Source: a virus. From it: DNA of 32,123 nucleotides. The stretch lies in the IMG/VR virus record IMGVR_UViG_3300045988_082739; one strand, 5' to 3'. The notes under the pieces are model-generated. The model was not told where the DNA came from. It saw only the letters and a list, made by a program, of their open reading frames with translations, and did no database searches. Shown here piece by piece: positions 1-6,968 of this stretch (position 1 is the first letter of the stretch; each line of letters starts with the position of its first letter). The position numbers and the translations under genes are program-made.

Positions 1-242
1 ATAAGGTATCCGGCGCGACCTCCGGCAACTTTGCCGGGCTCGACGGGAACGGCAACCTCACGGACAGCGGAAAGAAAGCGGCGGATTTCGCCGCCGCAAA
101 TCATACCCACGACGGGAAAGCCGATAAGGTATCCGGCGCGACCTCCGGCAACTTTGCCGGGCTCGACGGGAACGGCAACCTCACGGACAGCGGAAAGAAA
201 GCCTCCGACTTTGCCGCCGCGACGCACTCTCACACGGGATAC
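1..242 (+). repeat. In-frame 123-nt (41-aa) tandem repeats inside the tail fibre gene (repeat 2 tail and repeat 3; the array starts at 31929)
   Basis: 1..68 equals 124..191 exactly. 69..123 and 192..246 are related but diverged. Peptide unit: DKVSGATSGNFAGLDGNGNLTDSGKKAADFAAANHTHxGKA. Confidence 0.85.
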
Positions 243-515
243 GCCGAGGTCAAGATTTTTACGGACGTATCCGTACCGGCCTCCGCGTGGGGGAACGACT
301 CCACCTACGGGGCCTATCCATTCGCGGCGACCATCACGGCGGCGGGCGTGACGACGGCGCACGTTCCCGAGGTCAACTACGGCGCGACGGAGGCCGCGAG
401 CGGGGATTTCGCCCCGGTCGCCTCCTCCGGGAGCGGGACGGTGAAAATCTACGCGGCGGTCAAGCCGACGGCGGCTATCACTATCCCCTCTATTATCTGT
501 ATAAAGGCGGTGTAA
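1..515 (+). CDS. Tail fibre protein, 3' portion (continuation of the ORF leaving the window at 32123; frame 3, stop TAA 513-515)
   Basis: 1..68 is identical to 32056..32123 and the reading frame is continuous (..GKADKVSGATSGNFAGLDGNGNLTDS..). Frame 3 is open to 515. The listed ORFs 31..351 and 287..1015 are in other frames. The product contains 41-aa repeats. Confidence 0.8.
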   Translation, partial: KVSGATSGNFAGLDGNGNLTDSGKKAADFAAANHTHDGKADKVSGATSGNFAGLDGNGNLTDSGKKASDFAAATHSHTGYAEVKIFTDVSVPASAWGNDSTYGAYPFAATITAAGVTTAHVPEVNYGATEAASGDFAPVASSGSGTVKIYAAVKPTAAITIPSIICIKAV

Positions 516-518
516 AAA

Positions 519-1769
519 ATGGCAATTGGACGAACGAACGCGGTCGGCAAGGCGGGGACGCAGTTCTCCCTTGTCGTGACCGTAGAGACCGGCTCCCTCG
601 TGACCGCGACAAAGGGCTCGCGGAGCGTGAGCGGGACGGCGGTAAATGGCTCGTGCGTGCTGACGCTCCCGGAGGCCGGGACGTGGACAGTTACCGCGAC
701 CCGGAGCGGGCAGACCTCGGACACAAAGACCGTGAGCGTGGTCGACAGCTACGCGGTAACGCTCACGTTCTTCTCGGCGACGATTACCGTTACCGCGCCC
801 TCCGGCGCTACCGTGACGCTCAAAAAGGGCGGCTCCACGGTGGACAGCAAGACGAGCACCGGCACGGCGGTATTTACCGTCTACGAGACCGGCGAGTACA
901 CCGTCGAGGCCACGCAGGGCGGGCAGAGCACGAGCGGCACGGTAAACGTCGTCTCCTCGACGACCTCCTATGCGATTACCCTCTCTTTCGTGAGCGACAC
1001 GCTCAACGAAAATAGTTGGGACACCATTTCCGAGGTCTCCGACGCGGGAGAGGGCGCGAACTATTGGGCCATCGGCGACCGAAAGCAAGTTACCCTCAAC
1101 GGAACGGTCGGGAGCCTATCCCTCTCGAATTTCTCGACCTACGCTTTTATCATCGGGTTCAATCACAACTCGAGCCGCGAGGGTTCGGGCCGTATCCATT
1201 TCCAGCTTGCAAAGACGGCCCTCTCCGGCGGGAAGGACATTTGCTTTACCGACGGCTCCTATAACTCGTCCGGCTCCTCGGCGGCGTTCCGCATGAACAC
1301 GAGCAACACCAACTCCGGCGGGTGGGAGGACTCGTACATGAGGAATAATATTTGTGGTACGAGCAAGTCGACGACCTCGGGCCGCATTATGGGAGCTATA
1401 CCCGCCGAACTCCGTAACGCGCTCAAGAGCGTTACAAAGTACACGAATAATAACGGGAGTAGCTCAGCCTCGAGCGCCGTCACCGCGACCACAGATTACT
1501 TTTTCCTCCTCTCGGAGTACGAGGTATTCGGGAATATCACATACTCGAACAGCTACGAGGCAAATTATCAACAGCAATACGCCTACTACTCCGCCGGAAA
1601 CAGCAAGGTCAAATACCGGCACAACAGCACAGGGAGCGCCGCTTATTGGTGGCTCCGGTCCCCGCGTGCGGGCAGCTCCGGCACTTTCGTGAGTGTGTAC
1701 ACCGGCGGCACAGTCAGCTACGACAACGCGTACATTTCGCTCGGGTTCGCGCCGGGCTTTTGCGTATAA
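519..1769 (+). CDS. DGR target protein 1 / putative receptor-binding protein: two Ig-like beta-rich repeats plus a C-terminal WWLRSP-type (DUF6273 / C-type-lectin-like) variable domain
   Basis: The ATG lies 4 nt after the fibre stop. Internal repeats are GTWTVTATRSGQTSDTKTVSVV and GEYTVEATQGGQSTSGTVNVV. The C-terminus YWWLRSPRAGSSGTFVSVYTGGTVSYDNAYISLGFAPGF carries VR1. Confidence 0.85.
   Translation: MAIGRTNAVGKAGTQFSLVVTVETGSLVTATKGSRSVSGTAVNGSCVLTLPEAGTWTVTATRSGQTSDTKTVSVVDSYAVTLTFFSATITVTAPSGATVTLKKGGSTVDSKTSTGTAVFTVYETGEYTVEATQGGQSTSGTVNVVSSTTSYAITLSFVSDTLNENSWDTISEVSDAGEGANYWAIGDRKQVTLNGTVGSLSLSNFSTYAFIIGFNHNSSREGSGRIHFQLAKTALSGGKDICFTDGSYNSSGSSAAFRMNTSNTNSGGWEDSYMRNNICGTSKSTTSGRIMGAIPAELRNALKSVTKYTNNNGSSSASSAVTATTDYFFLLSEYEVFGNITYSNSYEANYQQQYAYYSAGNSKVKYRHNSTGSAAYWWLRSPRAGSSGTFVSVYTGGTVSYDNAYISLGFAPGFCV
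1637..1756 (+). repeat. DGR variable repeat VR1
   Basis: Aligns without gaps to TR 2299..2418 (offset 662). There are 15 differences at TR adenines and 1 at a TR thymine (TR 2320 T vs 1658 G). The 3' 21 nt ttcgctcgggttcgcgccggg is invariant. Confidence 0.9.
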
Positions 1770-1781
1770 TTAGGGCTTTCG

Positions 1782-1808
1782 GAATTGCGCCCTCAATGGG
1801 CGCAATTC
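1782..1808 (+). promoter_or_regulatory. Perfect 11-bp hairpin (gaattgcgccc / gggcgcaattc) with a TCAAT loop, 25 nt after VR1; candidate DGR target-recognition hairpin/cruciform
   Basis: The inverted repeat was read directly. No T-tract follows it. It has the same loop and closing C-G pair as the hairpin after VR2. Confidence 0.6.
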
Positions 1809-1838
1809 TCCGGCCAGACACAGGAAAGGGGCGAAAGA

Positions 1839-2258
1839 ATGAGCGTGCCGAAATCACGGCGGGGCGAGAGCCCCGCGCAGTATATCGACCTCGCCCGCGA
1901 GATATATGTCTTTACCTATAACCGCGTGCGGCTTTTGCCGAAAGCCTATACGTTCTATTTCTCCTTGCCGCTATACAACGCGGCGCGGACGGCCTACCGG
2001 CTCGTCAAGACGGCAAACCTCATTTACATAGACCCGAAACAAGAGGGCCCGGTCGTGGAGCGCAATAAACAGCGCCGCCGGGAGCTCTACGAGAACGCGC
2101 AGGGCTATTATAACAATATGCTCGACGTGCTCGACCTCGCGTTTATGACCGTCAATCACGAGAAGATACCGCCGTCCGTTCTGAAACAGTGGGTCGGTAT
2201 GATTACCGACGAAATCTATCAAATTTCCAAAATCAAGCGGAGCGACAAAGGCCGATAG
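1839..2258 (+). CDS. avd: DGR accessory variability determinant (Avd-like basic four-helix-bundle protein), 139 aa
   Basis: It sits between the target gene and the TR, as in the canonical BPP-1 mtd-avd-TR-brt order. The protein is small, basic and predicted helical (AQYIDLAREIYVFTYNRVRLLPKAYTFYFSLPLYNAARTAYRLVKTAN). ATG 1839 has GGAAAGGGG upstream. The listed TTG start at 1785 lies inside the hairpin. Confidence 0.7.
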   Translation: MSVPKSRRGESPAQYIDLAREIYVFTYNRVRLLPKAYTFYFSLPLYNAARTAYRLVKTANLIYIDPKQEGPVVERNKQRRRELYENAQGYYNNMLDVLDLAFMTVNHEKIPPSVLKQWVGMITDEIYQISKIKRSDKGR

Positions 2259-2298
2259 GCCGGAGCCGCCCCGTTTCGATTTAGGCCGTATCCCGCCT

Positions 2299-2418
2299 CG
2301 CCGCTAATTGGTGGCTCCGTTCCCCGAATGCGGGCAACTCCAACAATTTCGTGAATGTGAACACCGACGGCACAGTCAACAACAACAACGCGAACAATTC
2401 GCTCGGGTTCGCGCCGGG
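2299..2418 (+). repeat. DGR template repeat (TR), 120 nt with 30 adenines and 13 in-phase AAY codons
   Basis: It lies in non-coding DNA between avd and the RT and is homologous to VR1 and VR2. When phased on the VR frame it reads ANWWLRSPNAGNSNNFVNVNTDGTVNNNNANNSLGFAPG. The similarity weakens after 2418 (gggAtttcgc in the TR versus gggCtttt / gggCtttg in the VRs). Confidence 0.9.
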
Positions 2419-2658
2419 ATTTCGCATAAGCCAGACCGATTAACTCCTTGAGAGCTAAAGCCGTGCGTATGCAAAAGGGGGATACGACCTCTCCGACCGC
2501 CCGCAAGGGCACGACGACAAACTGATAGCTCGACACGGAGGGCCGGACGCTCCTTGCATGGCGGCGGCGTGCGCGTTTGCCGCCGTTTCATGGCCTCACC
2601 GTTACGCAATTTAGACAACGCGCCGAGAAAGAATTGTGCGAGGTATTTTTATTTTGTT
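2299..2658 (+). ncRNA. Putative DGR RNA (TR plus about 240 nt spacer upstream of the RT)
   Basis: By analogy with the BPP-1 TR-Sp RNA. No credible ORF is present: the - strand ORFs 2219..2536 and 2376..2618 overlap the TR. Local stems are present (ggcggc..gccgcc near 2560-2590). The boundaries are not determined. Confidence 0.45.
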
Positions 2659-3774
2659 ATGAACAGTGCAGAAAGACACGAGGCAAGATACCAACGGCGG
2701 CGGGCCGCGCGGCTCGAGAAAAGGGCGAGGGACACAAAGGAGCTCGGAGATTTCGAGTCGGTTTTTTCGTTCGAGCACCTATACGCGGCCTACCGCGCGT
2801 CGGTAAAGGGTGTCGGGTGGAAAGCGAGCACGCAGAGATACAAGGCGAGCGCCCTCGCGAACATCGACAAGACACACAACGCACTATTGAGCGGGACGTT
2901 CAAGCCGAAAGGCTTTTACGAGTTCGATATTATCGAGCGCGGAAAGCCTCGGCATATTCGGAGCGTCCACATAAGCGAGCGCGTCGTCCAGCGGTGCCTA
3001 TGCGATTACTCCCTTGTCCCTATGCTCTCCCGGTCGTTCATCTACGACAACGGGGCCAGTTTGCAGGGCAAGGGATACGATTTCGCCGTCCGCCGGGTGA
3101 CGCGGTTCCTCGCGAAACACTATCGCCAGCACGGGCGGGAGGGCTACGCGCTGGTATTTGATTTCTCGAAATACTTTGATACCGCGCAACACGCGCCGGT
3201 ATTTAGGGCTATCGAGAAAAGCGGTATCGACGACCGGCTCGTCGCCCTCTCCGAGTATTTTATAAAATGCTTTGGGGACGAGGGGCTCGGGCTCGGGAGC
3301 CAAGTCTCGCAAATTGCCGCTATCGCCCTCCCGAACAAAATCGACCATTATATCAAGGACGTTTTGCGGATGAAGTTCTACGAGCGGTATATGGACGACG
3401 GGCTCATTATCAGCCGGTCGAAAGAAAAGCTCCGGGAGTGCCTCGAGGCTCTCCGGCGGCTTTGTGCCGAACACGGGATAAAGCTCAACGAGAAAAAGAC
3501 GCAGATCATCAAGCTCACGCGGGGCTTTACGTTCCTAAAGGTGCGGTTCCGATACGGAAAGACGGGAGCGGTCGTCCGGCGTGCCAGCTATAAGAGCGTC
3601 CGGCAAATGCGGAAAAAGCTAAAGATTTTCCGGCGGTGGGTGGACTCCGGGCGTATGGAGCCGGAGGACGTTCGCGCGTCGCTCACATCATGGAGCGGGT
3701 ACATGAGGAGATTTCACTCCTATTTCGCCGTTCAATCAGTCATGCAGAAATACCGCGAGCTTTTCGCGGCATAG
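2659..3774 (+). CDS. DGR reverse transcriptase (371 aa from ATG 2659; alternative upstream starts at 2554/2590)
   Basis: RT motifs are LVFDFSKYFDT (A), LGLGSQVSQIAAIAL (the DGR-typical [I/L]GxxxSQ), YERYMDDGLII (YxDD), LNEKKTQII and GFTFLKV. The gene is directly downstream of the TR. Confidence 0.9.
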   Translation: MNSAERHEARYQRRRAARLEKRARDTKELGDFESVFSFEHLYAAYRASVKGVGWKASTQRYKASALANIDKTHNALLSGTFKPKGFYEFDIIERGKPRHIRSVHISERVVQRCLCDYSLVPMLSRSFIYDNGASLQGKGYDFAVRRVTRFLAKHYRQHGREGYALVFDFSKYFDTAQHAPVFRAIEKSGIDDRLVALSEYFIKCFGDEGLGLGSQVSQIAAIALPNKIDHYIKDVLRMKFYERYMDDGLIISRSKEKLRECLEALRRLCAEHGIKLNEKKTQIIKLTRGFTFLKVRFRYGKTGAVVRRASYKSVRQMRKKLKIFRRWVDSGRMEPEDVRASLTSWSGYMRRFHSYFAVQSVMQKYRELFAA

Positions 3775-3786
3775 GAGGGGTCAAGT

Positions 3787-4173
3787 ATGGAATACGTCGT
3801 TTATAAGCGGTTCAAGGAAAAGGGTATCGACGGGCGGTTTAACCTCCCGTTTGGTACGGTATGCGAGGAGCGGGGCGGCTACCTTTTCGCCCAGGACGGT
3901 CGCCGCATTTGCGCCGTGAAATCCGAAAACGGGTGGGGCCATTTCCGACCGAACACGGAGGAGGGCCGGAGGCGGCTCGTCATGCTTGAGCGGCTCTATC
4001 GCTACTATGCGCCCGGCGGGAAGAAAGCGCCGGAGGGCAACGCCGCCGAGGATTTCGACCCGGATAAATGGCAGGGGGCGGAAAATACATACTGGAAAAG
4101 CCTACTCCGCACCATGCCGACGGACAAGCTCGAGGCGTTCTATCGGGCCCGGCTCGGAGAGCCGGAGTATTGA
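3787..4173 (+). CDS. Hypothetical protein (128 aa)
   Basis: Long ORF in the operon orientation with GGAGGGG upstream. No family recognised. Confidence 0.6.
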   Translation: MEYVVYKRFKEKGIDGRFNLPFGTVCEERGGYLFAQDGRRICAVKSENGWGHFRPNTEEGRRRLVMLERLYRYYAPGGKKAPEGNAAEDFDPDKWQGAENTYWKSLLRTMPTDKLEAFYRARLGEPEY

Positions 4174-4185
4174 GGAGGTATCACC

Positions 4186-4500
4186 ATGTATAAAGTCACG
4201 GTCGACGGAGTTTTCGCCGGATACTCCGATACGGCGGTTTTCGTCCGGCTCCACGAGAACGGGTGCTATATCCCTTGTGAGGAGACGGAGGCCGAGGGCG
4301 TATGCGTAAAGCTCCCCTACGAGTTCCAAGACGACGAGGGGAACACGGTACGCACGGTCGAGGATATTGTTTTCTCACTCACGGAGGGCGGCTTATCCGG
4401 CATTGAACAGGTGGCGGAGCTCGAACACGCGAGCGGGCCGCTCATGCTCTCGGAGGCCGAGGCCGTCGTCGATATTCTGTTAGGAGGTAGCGGAGAATGA
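4186..4500 (+). CDS. Hypothetical acidic protein (104 aa)
   Basis: GAGGAGG RBS upstream. The stop overlaps the next start (ATGA). Confidence 0.6.
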   Translation: MYKVTVDGVFAGYSDTAVFVRLHENGCYIPCEETEAEGVCVKLPYEFQDDEGNTVRTVEDIVFSLTEGGLSGIEQVAELEHASGPLMLSEAEAVVDILLGGSGE

Positions 4501-4910
4501 TTACACGGGAAAGAGCGCGGGAACTCCGGGCCGTTATCGAAAGCGCGGTATCCGCATACGGGCTCGACGACGCGGCGGCGGTCGCGGTCGTGGAGCTTTT
4601 CCCTCAATGGGAGGTCGGGAAAACATATGCCATCGGAACAAGGGTACAGCACGACGGAAAGCTCTACGAGTGCGTCAACGCGCACACGGCGGCGGCGGAG
4701 TGGAGCCCGTCGGTCGCCGCCTCCCTTTGGGACGAGGTTAAAGTCGACCCGGAAACGGGATATGACGAGTGGCAACAGCCGTCCGGCGCTCACGACGCAT
4801 ACAACACCGGCGACCGTGTTGTCTATAATGGCTCCGTGTACGAGAGCCTTATCGACGGCAACGTATGGGCCCCGGACGCATACCCGGCAGGGTGGAAAAT
4901 CGTCGAATGA
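4497..4910 (+). CDS. Protein with two CBM5/12-like carbohydrate-binding repeats
   Basis: Two copies of the pattern Y..G..V..(D/N)G.(L/V)YE......W.P....(L/G)W: YAIGTRVQHDGKLYECVNAHTAAAEWSPSVAASLW and YNTGDRVVYNGSVYESLIDGNVWAPDAYPAGW. Confidence 0.5.
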   Translation: MITRERARELRAVIESAVSAYGLDDAAAVAVVELFPQWEVGKTYAIGTRVQHDGKLYECVNAHTAAAEWSPSVAASLWDEVKVDPETGYDEWQQPSGAHDAYNTGDRVVYNGSVYESLIDGNVWAPDAYPAGWKIVE

Positions 4911-5122
4911 GGGCGGCGATATACACGGTCTCAAAGGGCGGGAAAGAAATCGCTCGCCTCCCCGCGCTGATATGGGTACGGCTCGCGGAGCCGGGCCTTT
5001 ATCTCGTATGCGGAGAGGACGATGGCGAGGGCGTGCTCGTGGGCAGGGAGATATACCACGTCCGGGGGTGCCCTATCCTCCACGGAAAAGAGACCGTGAC
5101 GCTCGATTACATCGAAGAATAA
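4907..5122 (+). CDS. Hypothetical protein (71 aa)
   Basis: ATGA start/stop overlap with the preceding gene. Confidence 0.5.
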   Translation: MRAAIYTVSKGGKEIARLPALIWVRLAEPGLYLVCGEDDGEGVLVGREIYHVRGCPILHGKETVTLDYIEE

Positions 5123-5138
5123 CGGGAGGAAAAAGCGT

Positions 5139-5459
5139 ATGCAGTATGCGGAAATCATCATCGGGGCCGTGTGTACTATCGTCGGCGTTCTCTTGAGCTA
5201 TGCCGCCTTTGCCCGGAACTCGAAAAAGGACAGCGAGGCCAGCGGGAAAGAGAGCGGGACGGTGCTCACGGAGATAGGGTACATAAAGGGCGGGGTCGAC
5301 CGTATCGAGCGGAAACAGGACGAGCAGGACGCGAGGTATATCACTATGGCGGAGCGCGTTACCGCCATCGAGAGCTCCGCGAAACAGGCTCACAAGCGTA
5401 TCGACCGGCTCGAGGGGCACGAGAACGACCGTTTTTCGGAGGCGGTTCATAATGAGTAG
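5139..5459 (+). CDS. Lysis-cassette membrane protein: N-terminal TM helix plus coiled coil
   Basis: IIIGAVCTIVGVLLSYAAF hydrophobic helix followed by a charged helical region. Located just upstream of the holin-like genes. Confidence 0.55.
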   Translation: MQYAEIIIGAVCTIVGVLLSYAAFARNSKKDSEASGKESGTVLTEIGYIKGGVDRIERKQDEQDARYITMAERVTAIESSAKQAHKRIDRLEGHENDRFSEAVHNE

Positions 5460-5784
5460 CGGTAAGCGGGTGGCAAAGACCGACGGGAAATTGAAAAAGG
5501 CGGCGGGGGCCGTGTGGAGCTTTGTAAAGGGGTATCTCACCTTTTCAAAGCTCCTCGTTTTCGCCGTGCTTTTTATCGACTACAAGGCGACTATGGTAAC
5601 GCTCGACTTGTGCTATATCGCCGTAGCGAACAATTATACCGGGAGCCTCCCGTACCTGACCGCCCTTATCGCCTTTTTACAGGCCGCGACCGCGACCGTG
5701 CTCTCGTTCTCGCTCAATAAGAGCAAGGCCGAGAACACGACCGGCGGTATCACATACGAGGCAAATATAAAAAGAGATTGTTAG
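5452..5784 (+). CDS. Holin-like membrane protein (2 predicted TM helices)
   Basis: Hydrophobic segments LLVFAVLFIDY..MVTLDLCYIAV and LPYLTALIAFLQAATATVLSF. Located upstream of the endolysin. Confidence 0.5.
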   Translation: MSSGKRVAKTDGKLKKAAGAVWSFVKGYLTFSKLLVFAVLFIDYKATMVTLDLCYIAVANNYTGSLPYLTALIAFLQAATATVLSFSLNKSKAENTTGGITYEANIKRDC

Positions 5785-5795
5785 GAGGTAAAGAC

Positions 5796-6011
5796 GTGAA
5801 CAAGAACATCGTAAAGCGGCTCGCCGCCCTCTTGAGCGTCAAGAGCATTGTAACGCTCTTGCTCTCCGGGGTATTCGCCTACCTCGCAATTACGGGGAAC
5901 ACGAGCCAAGAGTTTATGACCGTCTACACGGTCGTTATCGCGTTCTATTTCGGAACGCAGACGCAGAAAATCAGCGACGCGGTAGCACAGAGCGAGGAGG
6001 GCAAGGAATGA
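5796..6011 (+). CDS. Holin (71 aa, 2 TM helices)
   Basis: GTG 5796 lies 7 nt after AGGAGG (5783-5788). TM segments are IVTLLLSGVFAYLAI and FMTVYTVVIAFYFG. ATGA overlap with the endolysin start. Confidence 0.6.
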   Translation: MNKNIVKRLAALLSVKSIVTLLLSGVFAYLAITGNTSQEFMTVYTVVIAFYFGTQTQKISDAVAQSEEGKE

Positions 6012-6823
6012 ACTTGCACAAGTGCATTTTGACAAGGAACGATTGCTATACCTCCGGGCGGACGATTACGCCGCGCGGCGTTATGGTACATTCGACCGGG
6101 GCGAATAATCCGACCCTCCGCCGGTACGTCCAGCCGGACGACGGACTATTAGGGGACAACAGGTACGACAACGATTGGAACAGGCCGGGAACGGGCGCTT
6201 GTGTTCATGCCTTTATCGGAGAGCTCGCCGACGGCTCCGTCGCGACCTATCAGACCTTGCCGTGGAATTGGCGCGGGTGGCACGCCGCCTCCGGCCCGAA
6301 CGGGAGCGCGAACAACACGCATATTTCTTTCGAGATTTGCGAGGACGGTCTCGACGACCCCGTTTATTTTGCGAAAGTCTATCAAGAGGCCGCGGAGCTG
6401 ACCGCGTACCTTTGCAAGCTGTACGGCCTCGACCCGGAGGCCGACGGGGTAGTTATCTGCCATAGCGAGGGGCACACGCGCGGTATCGCCTCAAATCATG
6501 GGGACGTTATGCACTGGTTCCCCCGGCACGGTAAAAACATGGATGATTTCCGGGCGGAAGTCGCCCGGCTTATCAAAAATCAAAGCGGAAAGGATGAATT
6601 GGACATGACAAAAGAGGAGCTCGTTTCTTGCGCTGGTACAGGCGACAACCCCTCCGGGTGGGCTCGTGAGCACACGGAGTATTGCAAGCAAAAGGGCATT
6701 TTCGCCGGAGACGGAGCGGGTAACTACGGTTGGCAACAGCCGATTACCCGAGAGGCCGTCGCGACCATCGTACACCGCGCTCTTGAGGTCGCGGGACTTG
6801 CCGACAGTATCCCGGACGCATAA
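6008..6823 (+). CDS. Endolysin: N-acetylmuramoyl-L-alanine amidase (Amidase_2/PGRP-like) with a C-terminal SLH-like wall-binding segment
   Basis: Motifs MVHSTGANNP, CVHAFIG, WHAASGPNGSANNTHISFEICED and ICHSEGH. The C-terminal GIFAGDGAGNYGWQQPITREAVATIVHRAL resembles an SLH motif. Confidence 0.8.
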   Translation: MNLHKCILTRNDCYTSGRTITPRGVMVHSTGANNPTLRRYVQPDDGLLGDNRYDNDWNRPGTGACVHAFIGELADGSVATYQTLPWNWRGWHAASGPNGSANNTHISFEICEDGLDDPVYFAKVYQEAAELTAYLCKLYGLDPEADGVVICHSEGHTRGIASNHGDVMHWFPRHGKNMDDFRAEVARLIKNQSGKDELDMTKEELVSCAGTGDNPSGWAREHTEYCKQKGIFAGDGAGNYGWQQPITREAVATIVHRALEVAGLADSIPDA

Positions 6824-6837
6824 GCAGGACACAGAGA

Positions 6838-6872
6838 ACGGGCGGGGGTATAGACCCTCGCCCGTTTTTTCT
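6838..6872 (+). terminator. Rho-independent terminator after the lysis cassette
   Basis: aacgggcggggg..ccctcgcccgtt stem (one mismatch) followed by tttttt. Confidence 0.7.
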
Positions 6873-6894
6873 TTTGCACGCATAACGCAGAAAT

Positions 6895-6932
6895 AACGCA
6901 CGGCGAGCGATAGGTTATCGCGACCGTGCGTT
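6895..6932. terminator. Imperfect hairpin (aacgcacgg .. ccgtgcgtt plus an inner gcgata stem); probable terminator for the - strand gene 6969..7511
   Basis: A 9-bp perfect outer stem was read directly. It lies 37 nt beyond the - strand stop. Confidence 0.4.
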
Positions 6933-6968
6933 AAATGCGTGTTATTGCGACAAAATGCTTTTGAAATG

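Noticed and set aside
31-1015. Listed + strand ORFs 31..351 and 287..1015 (Arg/Pro/Gly-rich translations)
   Set aside because: They are out of frame with the fibre ORF that continues from the window end (frame 3, open to 515) and with the well-supported ORF 519..1769. Their low-complexity composition is typical of off-frame ORFs in GC-rich DNA.
1785-1838. Listed TTG start at 1785 for the Avd-like ORF
   Set aside because: The codon lies inside the 1782..1808 hairpin and has no RBS. ATG 1839 with an upstream purine-rich tract is more plausible.
2219-2618. - strand ORFs 2219..2536 and 2376..2618 overlapping the TR and spacer
   Set aside because: They are antisense to the DGR template region, have no start context, and the TR must remain non-coding. 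The long 2554 start of the RT ORF is likewise less likely than ATG 2659.
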